This document shows, piece after piece, positions 40,501-55,500 of a DNA stretch of 64,000 nucleotides. Both the position numbers and the translations under genes were made by a program. Source of the stretch: Bugula neritina. Lineage: Eukaryota > Animalia > Bryozoa. The stretch spans positions 6,046,741 through 6,110,740 of the forward strand of contig OZ037768.1 of NCBI GenBank assembly GCA_964035545.1, in the 5' to 3' direction. The notes below the pieces were generated by a model that was not told the DNA's origin, did no database searches, and saw only the letters and a list, made by a program, of their open reading frames with translations. Each line of letters starts with the position of its first letter. The first letter of the stretch is position 1.

Positions 40501-43500
40501 CTGCGTGCTTTAGAAATTGCATTATATAGAGTGCAAAGCCATGCAGATATTCATATGATATCTACATTCAATTCACTGTTATACTTGCATGTAGTACATA
40601 TTTGAAATTGATGGATTAGAATGTAACAAATTGAAACTATGTTTGCTAACATATCTCATTACTGAACCTATAGGCAGTTCAAATGTCTTTTAAACTTTTG
40701 TTAAACCATTTATTGTAGGTTATGTGTTTTATGAATGTGCAATTAATTATTTTCTGTCAAAGTGTTCTGAAAAGAATGAAATTAAGATACTGAGCTGATT
40801 TGTTGATTAAAATTCTTTATTCTCGAACAAATGAAAAATAAATGAGAATTATTATGAGGTAGTGCTAGTATAATGTTAACCTGTTGGTGAAATGTCATGT
40901 ACTGCCTACTAGCAGCTTGTAATGTTACACATTAATGGATTTAATAGAGCTTCAAACATGCGAAACCTGCCTCTATCAGTAAGTTTCTTTTTAATATATT
41001 TCAGAGTTTTGCATTACCGTAGCAGCTAAATTTTCTTTGCACTTCTTCTTTGCATGTTACTTAAGGAATGTGTACATTAAATAAAGTTATGTTAGATATC
41101 TATTAACATGGCAATACATATTAAATTGCTGTATATGTGCATCAGCCAATAGCAAAACAGCAAGTTTAGAAAATGATGACATAAGTTTAGAACAAATAAC
41201 ATTTTTGCTGCAATTTTGAATTACTTGATCATAGTTTGTGCATATATATTGTAATATAGTCATATACAATGTATGTATGTAATACAATACGCACACAATA
41301 CAACATATATATATATATATATATATAAATAATATTACAATGTATATGCAGTGCATGTAAATATGCATATATTACAGTGTACATACAGTGCATGTATGTA
41401 CAGGATATTAAAATACTACAATGTATACTACTTGCACTGTGCGCGGCAATGTATGTATCATGCTCAAACCTATATGATATATAGAATGAATTTGATGAAA
41501 TAAAACTTATTATATTAAGAGAAAAGTGATTTACTAAAAAATTAACATAATGATATAAAAATCAGCAGAGAACAAGACATTAGAGTGATTAATGTAAGAT
41601 AAAACTTTTCTTTTGTTTTGAGGTCAGGCGCTTAGATTTTAATAGTTGTTCCACTAGCTATATAAAAAATAAATAAGCCTTAAGCGTTGGTGAGTAGAAA
41701 TTGCTAAAATATTTAAAATTTGCCAACTAAACTTTAAAAAGTATTTCTTTATTATTACATGATTTCGTATTTAGCTGCTAACACCATTCTAGAAGTGCAG
41801 TTCTAGTTTGGTTTTATACACTTCGCTGGACTAGGCAATGAGCACATTATCCACGCTCTTAGCTTATTCTTTAGAAAGATTGTAGACCAACTGTTTGGCG
41901 TGATCAATAAAACTTAATTTATTTTGCAACCATGGCATGTGCACTATGCTTAACAAATTTGCAGATTGTAATGCTGCTATGCATTCATCACAATAGATGC
42001 TATAGTTGCCTATGTTAGCCTCCAAGATAGCAAGGTTTAAATTCGATGCCTTGTAACAATTCTGTTGCATTTAGGTCTTTTCTGCCTAATAAAAAGCCTC
42101 GTTTATAGCAAATGTTGCAATTTATGGGAGTGAATTTTAATTTGTATGTAAAAGTAGTATAATAGTTTAAATTTTTCTAACTTATAGACTATCAAACCGA
42201 TGTGTAAAATTGATAAATGTCGTCTATTTCGGAGTCTATATGAAGCTATTTAGATAGAGCCTGAGAGAGTTGGTTAAATTAACTACATGCATTGAAGGTT
42301 GCTGCACAAGCCATCAAGCAATACAAATGGAAACCCCAACTTTATCAGAACTAGCCAGCAATGATTTATAAAATGCACCAAAAAATTGAGGCGCTCTAAC
42401 GTATGAATAAGAATGTAGGAATGCCAATTTAATAAAATGAACATAAATATATGCTGTTAAATCCCAGAGTTCGAAGAGGTTGTTTTGTTGAATGTAGAGC
42501 TGCCAGCGTTTACGTTGCAGCAGCGTATAAGCAGCTTAGATTTCTTTGGTTTTATTGAGTAGAAGTTACTAGTAGCAACAAATCCCTTGCGTTATTAATT
42601 GAGTTGATATAGTGACAAGTGTAGTGAAGTTGTCTTTATACTTCTAAATGCTCAGATGAGATACTATTGATTAAGCTTGTAACACTGTGTCATTACATTT
42701 GTTTTCTTTTGTTTATTGCTTTACATCCCAATAAGAAGGAGTGTATTAAAAGTAGAAGTAATGCTAGCAGCATTTCAATATTCCAGTACCGTTAGTCAGT
42801 AGGCGAAGGGCATTTTCGCTGTATTTTAACGCATTGCTGTAATTTTGCTTCATTGATATGGTGATAATGAAAGGAAAAAAATACCGCAAGCAGTCAGTTT
42901 CACACATTCAGCAGATTGATGGGTTAGTACCATTTTAAATGCGTTTAATTTTAACAAAATGTAACGAAAATTGTTACCACTAACATATGGTATGTAAATT
43001 TAAGTTCAAATATACACTTCGTTCCGTTGCTTCAAATAGACCCATATGATGCTCATAAGGGTGAATTTTCGGCTGTGATTTGCATTAACTTATGGTTGTG
43101 TTTTCATTCGATTGACCTGTTCACAAACATCACTGAAAAATCTATTGCATAATTTGAGCAATGGGAATGCAGTGATAGTCAAGTTTTTTAATTTGTTTAA
43201 CTAATGAAAGCATTTTATTACATAACTATTATATCGACATTAATGCATTGTTTAGCTATATAGAATATATTTAAAATATTTGTTAGGTTTGTATATATTG
43301 TAATCTTTACCTCAGTTAGTGTGAAAATGATATCATAATAATTGTCAGCTACTTTTGACTACACTGAAATATCAAAGCTTATGTATAGTAGTTATTGCAT
43401 TAATTCTGATTAATACTACAACTTAAGTTTTGCTCCTAAGAAAAACCTACTAGTCCTAGCAATTAAGTTGAAAACCATATTTTCCAGCAAGTTATCAAGT

Positions 43501-46500
43501 GTGGTAAATTATTCAAACTTTGAAGACTGCAATCCTAATAGTTTCATGTCTCTAAACTCGCACAGCTTATGTCAAGTTTTTATAGTCTATAAGTGCATTG
43601 AGACTACTTTAAACTTAGCAGCTAGACCTAATTGAGAATCAAGCTCCTGTGACAATGGTTTATGTCTGTAAATGAGCTGTGTGCAGGTTAACTCTATAAG
43701 CAGCTGCTGAAGTATGTTTCCTATTTGCAGTCAGCGGTTATTAAACAATGTATACTATTGTTAAAGTGCAATCTCTTGGAAAAGCAACGCTGCCGATTGT
43801 TATGACAAAGCTCAACCAACTTAAATTTTGTTTTTCTTTCGCAAGCTCAGAAGAAAAACTTTTTAGGACATTAAAATAGGATAGCATATTTTAAGCAACA
43901 TCAAAGATTTTTTAATTGTTGTTTAACATTGTTTTTTCGGAGGTATTCATTAGCGTATAATTAACATTGTTTGGTTCAAGATTGCCGTACATTATACCAG
44001 TGGGCTAATACTTGTTTACAGGGCTTGAGTTGAATATTATTAATAGCGAACTCATTAAATGCAGTTCTCTTAGTAACAGTTGAGGCTGGTAGCTTGGTTT
44101 ACAAAGAAAAGTATTGTTGTTAGGCACTCGTATGCAGGTCAATGAAAATCTATTTTTAGTTATAAAATTATTTGCTACAGCGAGCACAATAGAGTAGGTA
44201 TAAGCAATAGTAAAACTGCACACTGCATGCTGGAATTCAGAGAGCAAGTTGCGTTATCATCGCCTTTTTCATAAACTCCTTCTCGTAAATTGTATTACTG
44301 CTACCGCTGCTTAAAGATGAAGCTTCTGGAAGAACAGAGGCGAAGAAGCTCAGTGAAACTTTTACAGCAAACTGATTTGTGTGTTGATCTTCTTTTGCTT
44401 TAACAAAAATTTTTTGTAACAATTCTATAAATTAATGCATATCCCTATATTAACATAATTTAACAATTATTCTCGCTGTATATTATTATAAATATTTACA
44501 TTTCAAAAATATTATAAATAACTTAATATAAGATAGTTTTAATCTAACTTTAAGATGGCTTTATAGACATGCATGTGAATGATTCGGAGTGTTTAATTAT
44601 CATTTCATTGTTGTTAATTAGCCATGTTTAAATAATTGACCAATTCTTGTGTTATTTTTAGATTACTGTTTTTATTTTTACTTATTTGTGCACTGTGATA
44701 TAATGTATGATATATTATAATATAGCGATAAGTATTCTATAATGTATATATAGTTTAATGTAATATAATTTTGTTTGCAGAAATACTTTGGATATATGGC
44801 TACATAAAAAAGGTGGAGAGTTTGAAATATTTGATGGCCGATTGTTAGTTTATCCTGGAAATTATAACTCTAAGAAAGACTTTATTACAGTTAAAAGAAT
44901 TACAGAGAGAACTAGAAAAAATCACATTCCAGAGTTGACCAGGTAATGTTTATATTGTTAAGTTAGTAGTTCAATAACTGAAAATATCCTATGCAAAGTC
45001 AAACACAAATTAGAATAACACTAGCAAATATTGATATATGTGTTTTTTGCAAGCGCTATTATAAATTAATTGAAAATTTTTAATTTAAAAAAAATAAAAG
45101 GTTAACAGTTGATCTAAAACTTTTAGACTACACCAAATTAAAGCAGTAGTGCAAAAGGTCATTGTAAAATTCTATGCTATTTCAATGTAGGATTATAGTA
45201 GTAAATTTATGTGAGGCATTGAAAGCTAGAAATTTTAGTTAATTTACAGCCAGTAAAGTATGAGGCTAAGCAAATATACAAAAACAAAAAGATAAGAAGA
45301 ATTGGGGCACTAGGATCTCTGTTATTGTTTCTCTTTTGTTGCTATCTAAATTTTTAATACTGCTTCATAGCCAGGTGAAGGGAACTATACATTCAACGAT
45401 TTAACAATAAATTAACGAGAAATGATTTTTGCTTACTACTTTTTTATCTAAATAAATAAAATAAACTTTTATTTCCAGACACCACTGTATTGTTTATTTA
45501 GATAAAGTAGTAAACAATAAAAATGTTTCCCATTTGTTTATTTTTAATGAAGTTACTAGCCCTTAGGGATATATTTAGCAATATACATTTCATTTTATTA
45601 GACTAGAAAAGATTAATGGAGATATTTACGAGTTTTCTACTAACAAGAAGCACCTGAAACAACCTGTTGAAGTCTGGCTGCCGTGTCATCCGATTACTCA
45701 CCCTCATCTACAGGAAATAAAACTGAAGGCCAAATATCATGGAGAAGAAGACTTTGTGTACCACCCCTGGACATTATTTGTAAGTACATTGCAGTACAGC
45801 TGAATGATGTTAGGAATATAACTATAACATTGCTCATCAAAACTGACCCACTACAGTGTCATACTCTGCATATAATAGGCAAGTAATGTCATATTACAAA
45901 AATTTAATTATTAAAAATAGAGTAAGTTAAAAATAAATATTCTCATTTTTTGCTCATCTAAGTGAGCTCCTAAGTGCTCATCCCTTGAGAGCCCAGGCTA
46001 GACATCAACAGGCAGCTAGGCTATTTTTAAAACACACCAATTATACTCTTGATAACAATTCATTTTATTTCAGTATTTGAATAGTTTTGATGGGTTTTCA
46101 AAAAAATTTGGGTTTTACTGGTTAGTTATAGGCTATAATTTCATTATAACCTTTGCTATGTATCCAGACAGCTTTTCTTTAAGCTAAAATGTATGAGGAG
46201 ACATATTTTAACATTGCTGGCCTAGTGTTTAGCAGTTTAGACTATATGCTTCTATTACTTAAATCACTATATTTTTATACTTTGAACATTTTCTAGCGAC
46301 ACAGCACCAAGTTGATACTGAAAATATACGAATGTATTAAAAGAAGTATATTGCTATATGATTATACCACAATGGTTACATTAACGTTGCATTGTTACAA
46401 AAATGCTGTAATTTCTATAAACATTTTTAATCATTCTTAACATTTTCCATAAAGCATAATTATAATATATTTCATATGGTGTTTCGTAGCTAAAAATATA

Positions 46501-49500
46501 AGGAACAAAATTTTAAAATACCCACAAGATAAATAAGGTATTGAGTTAAATATCTTTATTATTAAAAAGCATTTGAGCCGAAATTTTTATATTACTCTAT
46601 TATTTAAAGCTTATATTTGTACATAATTTGCACATAGTTTTTTGCAATGCGTGGCTAATATTATACAGAACTAAATACAACATTTTCAATCACCTTACGA
46701 ATATTGTTAAAAAATATGCAGTCAGAAAATTGTTCAATTTACTCCACAGACAAAATTGCCTTTAACATTATATATATTAGAACAATGTTGAAGCCAAGAT
46801 CAATATTTTACATGTAAATTGTCACAGATATACACAGTGCATATTCACATTTGGTATAGCAATTATTATACATGCATGTTGCATATTACTCTGCATTACT
46901 AAAGGAGAATATGCCTATACCTGTCTGTCATCATACAGGGTCAATAGACCAGTAATATAGTTTGCTAGAGTTACTTAGCACACTTATACTTTGTTTGGTA
47001 AATCATTATGTCATATTACTTAGAAAGTCAAAAGCTAAACTTGCAGTTTATAAGATCGATAACTGATTTATTAGAGTGGATCATTTTAAAATAGTGCTTT
47101 ACAGTCTAAGCATTTCCTCAACTCAAACTATTTAATACCAAAATTATATAGCGCTAATAAATGCTGAGTTTTGGCTTGATTTGGCCACAATATTTCTAAA
47201 AACCTAATGTATGGTTGCAGAAAAATTTTCATTGCCCTGTAATAACATATGATCAAATGTATAAAAGTTTTTAGACACCTTAGGTTTACTTCAAAATATA
47301 TAACTTGAATTGTTTGGGTTTTGCAGGTACATAAATTCTTGAAATGGAACTATTATCTTCTTGAACCTACAACTTATCAAAAAGAATTTTCTAGTATTTT
47401 GACTGTTTGCATACATATAAAAGAGTTTTCGAGTGAAGGCATGTATATTAAGCTATAGCCTTGTTTTTTATTTTTTGCAGGGGGAGGACCCTCAGTACCC
47501 CGTGATGGAGTTCAGCGCAGACAGGCTGGGTACATTTGTAGCAACAGTCCAGCCTCGAGCAGAAAAACTGACCGTCACAGACCAAGGCCTACTCTACAAT
47601 GCCAAAATCAACAGATATATCTCCCTGCGTTTTCCCAAAAAGTGTGTTGAACGTGACACCAACATTGAAATCAGGGTGGGTGGCTCAATGTTGTTGTTTT
47701 ATTTACTAAATTGTTATAATTATATGTTATAAAAATGAAGCTTAAGCAATCCGAACTACTATGAGCACATCCACTGTGTTCCCATACATCGAATGGATGC
47801 TAGTACGAATGACTTCGTGGTTGCTGTTTGCATTAACTTATGGCTGCGGTTTCATTCGATTGACCTGTCCCCATGCATCGAGTGAAAACTCTATGCCAAG
47901 TATGGGAATGTAGTGTACATGGGCACCATACAGTTATCAGTGACTAGGTGGTCAGTCATCAAGCACACATAGCTGCTCATTAAGTTAGTCACATTATCTC
48001 AAATAGCTATTCATCTTAGTTAGATGTTTATAAATGGAACAAAAGTGAATAGTTATTTAAGTTCAACAAATCCTTAAGATTGCCACTGAAGGTATGAAGT
48101 AGTAGCCAAGAGGCAGCTTTAACTCTGTGTTTACAGCTGGAGGAGCAGAAAACTGCTATAGTATAGGCTATAGACTATAGACTATATAGTAGTTTCAATA
48201 ATATTCATCTCCGTTATTATATTCACATAATCTTCCTGCAGTATATCTTGTACTGCGATGTATAATTATAAACACTATTTTCAGTAACCAAGATAAATAA
48301 CTATATATTAAAATTAGCCACTAAAATTATACAATGGCTGTCATCAAAAACAAATTCATCTGTTCAAACCTAGAAATCTAAATTTTGCCTTATACATACT
48401 CAGTATATTGGTATACTCATTTTTATGGGAGGTGGATCACATGTCAAAGAAGTATTGTTGTAGACACAAATCTTGTATGTTTATCTGTTTAGATTCACTT
48501 AAACTTATTTATTCCTATTTGATCCCATTTTGTTACATTGATTAATGAACAATTGAACGGTTGATAAATAAAGCAGACTTCATAAGACAAGCCTATGAAA
48601 ACATTATATTACAGGAAATTAATATATAAATTAGTCACCATCTTAGTCAAGATTGTCAGTTCTACTCCAACAATAAACAAATATTTTATACGCAGTTGTC
48701 AACGTAAACATTGGAGAACATTTACTTGCAACGCATTGATCATTTGTTTAACTGTTTTTATCTATTGTTCTCAACTAACATATGGCTTATTAGTACTATG
48801 AATTAAAACAATAAGTTGTTGAAAAACAGTAACTTTCAGTGTTGACTGTATCAACAAAATAATCAATCATAAATCTTAATGTGTGATAAACTGAAAAGCC
48901 TTGACCTCTTCACTGGTCTAAAATATTCAATAATATTGTATTTTTACAGAGCATCTGTTTACTTAACTGGATAATTGTAAAACTCTGTAATGTGTTGTTT
49001 GTATGGTTTAATCAAAGACAAATTTTTAACATGCATTGATAATGGTTTATATTGATATAGTACACATTGGTTTTGTCAGCGGTGATGATGTAATTCAGCA
49101 ACAGGAATCAATAAATGCTATTCTATGTGTTATAAAAAAATCTATAGTTGCATGCTAAGGTGAAAGAAAATCTGAGGAACATTAAAGTTTTTGCAAATTG
49201 AGAATTTATGACTATTTTACCAAATAAACATATAATGATTGTGAAGGTAATAGTTGTGATCAGTCTTAAGTTATGCTATGCATGAAGTTTTCAACTAGTG
49301 TATACCATGTAAAGTAGATAATATTAATTTTAGTCTTCTACACTCCCTGTTTTACTCATTACAGATTTTACCATTCAACATGGAAAAGGCTCTGCTTGTA
49401 AAGGAAGACTTCCGATTTGTCTACCCAGACTTGACAGACTTTGAGTTGGCGACGGACTACTTTGACATATCTTCAGACACACCCTCCTTCAGGAGAAGTG

Positions 49501-52500
49501 TTTCTGTGAAGATTCCAACAGGTCTTGAGAGCTTCAATGAAGAAAATAGGTGAATAATAGTTTGTATCTATACATTCTTATACTGTCTACAGATATACTC
49601 TACACTGTATCTATATATACTTATACTATATCTACAGACTACAGATATACTCTACACTGTATTTATACAGACTACAGATATACTCTACACTGTATCTATA
49701 CATACTTATACTGTATACTCTACACTGTAGGTTATCTATGCATACTAATACTGCAACTACTGCATGATAACTTATTAGCTCTGTTGTGTGTACTTCTGCT
49801 ATGTATATATTATACAATTGTATAAAGCGTTAGTTACCTAATGTTTCTAGAGCTCTATGTCTGACAGAATAAAGGTCTATAACTAAGTAATATAAATTAA
49901 TACATGTATTGTAGCTAATAGAGTATATATTTGCTATTCAACCAGCTGACTAGTTTTATCTTGATGGCCAAAATGCCAAGTATAATATTTAAACTAGTTT
50001 TGCCTAACCTGTTATATAACAATATGCAGGGAGGAAATGATTATAATGAGAAAAGACTTGGAGAGTGGACAGTGGTATGTGGTAGAAAGCAGCATGAAGA
50101 TTACCAAGACCACTGTCTCATTTGACACAAAGGCCTTAGGAAGGTAAACATGGCAGCATTCTGTACCTAATATTAAAAACAAAATTTTGATTCTCATTTT
50201 CTGCCATTATTTATAAAAAATATTTTGTGACACATTAACATTCGACTTTAACTTTTGTCATTAGTGAAGCTACTAGCAGAAAGCGCCGGAACATCTTTAG
50301 TGTTCAGTTTGACACTAAAGCGTTTGGAAGGTATAAACAACACTTGGAGAAAATCTTATAAGTTTTGTGTCTTTATAACGCTAGAGTAATAAACTGTAAT
50401 GCTAAAATCAACCATAATTTAGACTTTAAAATATATTTGATGTTGTGTAAGACACAAGACTTTATAAGATTAATATGATTTTTACTCAAACATCTACTTA
50501 AGTTTGAACTTTGTAAAAGAGAATAGCAACCCCTGGAGACTGCTTGCTGATGTTTTCATCCTTTTCCTCTATTCACTGTCACAACTCAATTATTTTTGAA
50601 TAACATGGCCTTACTTAGTTGTTTTGAAAAGAAAAACATTTTAATACCTTATTTTTCGTAAAAACATTTCATATAATTTTTTGAAAATGATTCAAAAGTT
50701 TTATTATAAAAAAAAGTTTGTGTTTTCAACGAAAGATGTAATTTATTTTATAGCTTATACAAAGTTTAGAACAATACTTAGCATACTTTCCAAAATTTCA
50801 TGTAATTCAACTGTACATACATATATACATGATCATAATAATATGATACACTGCTACATGGTGTTTGCATAGCTAATTCCTACAGCCGCCTGTTCCTTTG
50901 TGATCTAAATAATATATTATAGTGTCATTGTACTTAAAGCTGGCAGTCTGTCTTACAGTTAAATTAATTTTAAAACTGTCCAAACTGTGTAATGAAATTT
51001 ATGGTTACTAAATAAAGGCAGATTGAAATTGATTTACAAATAAATGCCCATGCAAAGTTTTGATATCGCACACGAAGGCTAACAAATACGTCACATGGGA
51101 GTTGTATGACTATATCAATTCAGCTCATAAACAAAAACTTACCTATATTATAGTTATGGAAATCAACATCATCCTGTTATTTCAAGTTTAAAAAAACTTA
51201 ATAATAGCACTGCGCATTCACTATATTCTTACAACATAACATATTACGGAAATTTGCAAATCGGTTGTATATTTTGTGGAAGCCATGACAAAAATTTCCA
51301 AATACCTTTCTGTTAGTCAGAGGCTGACAAGTTTATTATTTCCTGTTTTTTGGAAATCTGACGACACAATTACAAACATATCCTCATTAAAATTCTATTC
51401 TTTAGCAACTGCTTTTCTTCATAAAATAAAAAATGAGTTGTGACAGAATTAAGTAATATTCAAAGATTGTCTGTAAGCTGGCTCCAGTGGGTGGTCTATA
51501 GAGATCTCACAATATTATGTTGATTGTGCACACTTTATTTATACATCTTCTAAGTTACTTTAATCTATAGTGTGATATATTTCACCTACACAATAATATG
51601 GCATTATGAAGATGATTGGGCTTTATTACAAAAGGCACATTTCTACATAGCTATATTTTGCCTTCAATCACTAATTATGAAGTAGTGCTCTTGAATTGGG
51701 TGATTGAAGGCTAAGTTTACTTTTGTTGCAACCTGTGCTTTAGTGCTGTATCATTTGACTTGCATATATAAGTTGATAAGTACTTAACATACTTATATTT
51801 ATTAGTAAGATAATATTGGATATGACGAATATATATATTGTTTAACCATAGCTATATTATTATTCTTTAACATTAAAATCATCAATATTAAAATATCAGA
51901 ATAATAATTTATTATGATGGATAGTATGTAAATGCTTAAAAATTGAGCTAAAGCATTTGAATAAGGTCTGATAACTCTAATCTGATCGCATCAGCAATTT
52001 ATGCCTAACCTGCTGTTTGTAGTTGACACAAAATTTTCAATGGTAACACCACTTTTTTACTTGAGAGTTTTGACTATTATAGTTTTGGCTGCTATGTTTT
52101 ATTGTAAGACAATTTTGTAATTTGTAATTAGGTTCATCATACTCAAAGCACCGGCCAAAAGAAAACTTCGAATGAAAAATGCTCTTCCAGCTCTAGAAAC
52201 TAAAATGCTAAAATGTCGGCGAGAAATATTGATATTCAAGAAGATGCTCAAAAAGTCATGGAATATTTGGGTGGAACTTGTGAAACCAAGTCAAGTCGCT
52301 TCTGTGATAAAGAAACGAGAGCATGATGGACTTACTTGCATCAGTCAGCCTGAGAGTGTCAGCGTAGATTTAGATGGCCGCCCTGAGTACGCTGTTCCCG
52401 TTATTCCACCTGCTTCTTCACAAGAGAAAGGCTTGGTATGATCACAATATTGTTTAGGAGCAGTAGCAGAGAAATTGAGATAGCCTAAGTCTTTTGATTT

Positions 52501-55500
52501 TAATATTAAATTTTGGTTTGCGGTGCAGGTTAAAATTTTCCTTAAGGACATAACTTCTTTTGCTTCATTTTTAATCTAGAACATAGGCTTTTCTCAATTT
52601 CTTCATGGCTAGCTACATCCACAATATCTTATTGAAGATTAATAAGTTTCTACATTCTTTAGAGCTGAGTCTTGTCATTTAAACTTGCTTATATTTCTTC
52701 AATGAAGCTTTGGTCACACTAAAGAAGTAAAGCCACAGTGCATTGACCTACTAAAAGCATGGAGTTATCTTATCTATGTGAAAAATGTATATTTGAATAT
52801 TATAGTATGAATTAAGTTGCTTTTTGTGTGAAAACTCGAGTTACATTAACATAATAAACTATGCAAATGTATCAATTTGTATCATTACCTATTACTAGGA
52901 AAAAAGTTTTTAACATTACAAGGAAACTACACGGTGTAAGTTGGTATGTATTATTAGTCTACAAGGTGAACTCAATGATTTGTCCTATGGTTGACAGAGT
53001 TTGACAGCTTCGGAGACTGAGTTTACAAATAACATGGAGTCTGACAAAGCTGACTTAGAAAGCACCGGAGAACTCTTCATAAACATATACGACACTGACG
53101 GGGACGTCTCCACCTCTCACTTTAGCAGAGCAGCTTTCAAGAAGTTGTCCCGAGCCAAGTCGTTGAAGAAAGAAATTGAGTACTTAGAGGTTGATGATGG
53201 CACAGACTGCGGAGGGGTTGAGCTGTCTGGTGATATACAGGCAAGTAGCAATTGAATCATATTCAAATAATTAAGACAAAAAGATCATAAAATAATTAGA
53301 CATGCAAGAAGACCAAAAAAGTGTAGTAGACTATGTTTAGTGTTTGGCATTAAATCATTCCGGCTCATTATAGTCATGCATGGGTACTTCCAAGTAACAA
53401 TGTTGTGAAATTTTTTTGTAAATGACAGAAAATACAAATATGTTGATAAAGCAAATGTACCATTTTGTTTTGCTTGCTGTTAGTACTTTGCAAAATTTTC
53501 TATGCGTTTCCCATTACTATTGATAAATTTGCAATATAAATAAACCTAAACTAAGAAAGTTACTGTAAATTTGTAGCTTGTAGAAGAAGGGCCACTAAAC
53601 ATGTTCTTCCTGGAAAATCACCAAGACAACTTTATAACCTTCGAAATAGAGCCGAAAGAAACTGAGCAAGACGGTGATATCGAGGCTACCATCCAATACC
53701 ATGTGGAAAACACCAACACTTCGAATGGGCTTGTTACTAAAACAGTCATGAGAGTGTGTACCTTCACTATTACAGCTGAGCAGGTGTGTTGAATTTATAT
53801 ATTTTATTATGTATGTTATATTATAATATATATTATATTATATATATGCAGCCTAATATTAAATCCTATACTCTTATATTTGCTCTTTTTGCGTAAATTA
53901 GCGTGCTATCATTCTTTGAAAACAATAGGGGCAATAACTTAGATCTTGTATATTATTACGAACGAAAACAACTTTTTTACAAGAGAGCACAACTTCTCTT
54001 AATTAAGTTTGCATTTTTTTGATATGGTGAAAATTATAACTGATGGTTTTTTCAGTTTGTTAAGCAGTGGCAAACACTTCCACATTGTAACTTGGCCTCT
54101 GTAGTGATCTGACTATAACAGTTTACTAGAGTCTATGCAATCCTTAAGTCAATCTTATTGTAAAGTCCGTTATTCTATATAGCATATGATTTCTATGTTT
54201 TGAGAAACACAGCATTAAAATATTTCTGTAGGTTTCAAAGTATTTTGAAGATTTCCTAAACACAAATCTAATTCAAAATATATAAATTTAAAAAAGGCTG
54301 TAACATCATAGCATAAACTGCATATATGTATAGAAATGACATTACAGTTTTTATTCATTTTATTTATAACTAAACTTATATTTATACGATATCATAATGC
54401 TGCTACGTATCTTCACCAGGTGGGAGACTACTTCTGGGTGGAACCACCACCTGAGCCCGAAGTAGTAGAAGAGGAGAAGAATGAGGAAGTTTCTCCTGAA
54501 AGTGTGGTGGCTAAGGAAATGCTGACCCAGAAGGAAGCTGCCAAAGTGACAGCTGAGAAGGTCAGGGAACAGGCAGACACAGTACAGCGTCTCTCAGCTC
54601 CAATGAGGCCCAAACAATTGAGTATGATAATATAGTACATATGTAGATCATATTATACAGATTTACACCATATTATACATGTTATGTGTGTTATACATGC
54701 TGCACATGTTGTATATGTGTTATACATATGCAAATTACACAGATGAGAAATGTGCTGCACATGCATATATATGTGTTATATAAGATTTAAGAAGTTGCAT
54801 GCATGCAGTCTAGTAATGCCAAAAGAAGAAATTAGCAGTGGATACAATATCTCTCAATATAGTATTTCTCTATTTTAATAATCCAGTAGCGAACCATATA
54901 GCCACATTTAGTGTAATCACACTATTACTATATACTGTATAGAATACAAACAATATTCTCTGTGAGTTTCTAACTTGAATAGATTAGATTGCTGGCTTTT
55001 AGTTTGTGCTCCAAGATTTATAAATCATCATTGTATCTTTGATTATTGCAGTAATAGTTTATTATTTGCAATAATTAAAAGTACAACAATATATATGCAA
55101 TAAAAATATATTATTTTTTAACATGATGTATTGATTGAAAGCATATGCAATATGCATAGTAGCTGTTGAGTGCAAAAGTATGAATTTATGTTTAACTTTG
55201 ACTGATAATTCTTGATTTGGCTTTTGAGTCTGAATCTGAATATCCAGTTTGTATGACAAGACAACTTCTTACATTTCAGTTTGGCTAAAACTTGTGCTAT
55301 CCTATCTCTATGATAGACAGGCACAGTGAATATATGTCAAACTAGAAAATATACAACTACACAATAATTATTACTGACAAAGCAAACTATTCTGAATATA
55401 AGAACAGTATAAAGCTATTAGATTATGATCAAATAGGTTTTGGTTTTTCTATAATTAGCTTATTTGGTCACATGCATCTGGTAGCTACTGGTATAACCTC

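Noticed and set aside
41087-41368. Cys/Tyr/Ile-rich ORF
   Set aside because: Product of (AT)n and AC-rich low-complexity sequence.
41864-44422. Nested minus-strand gene in the 6-kb intron (ORFs 41864-42070, 44005-44247, 44237-44422)
   Set aside because: No recognisable motifs, and I could not build a phase-consistent splice chain.
49550-49825. ORFs on both strands with repeated TDYRYTLHCIY
   Set aside because: Translation of an intronic minisatellite.
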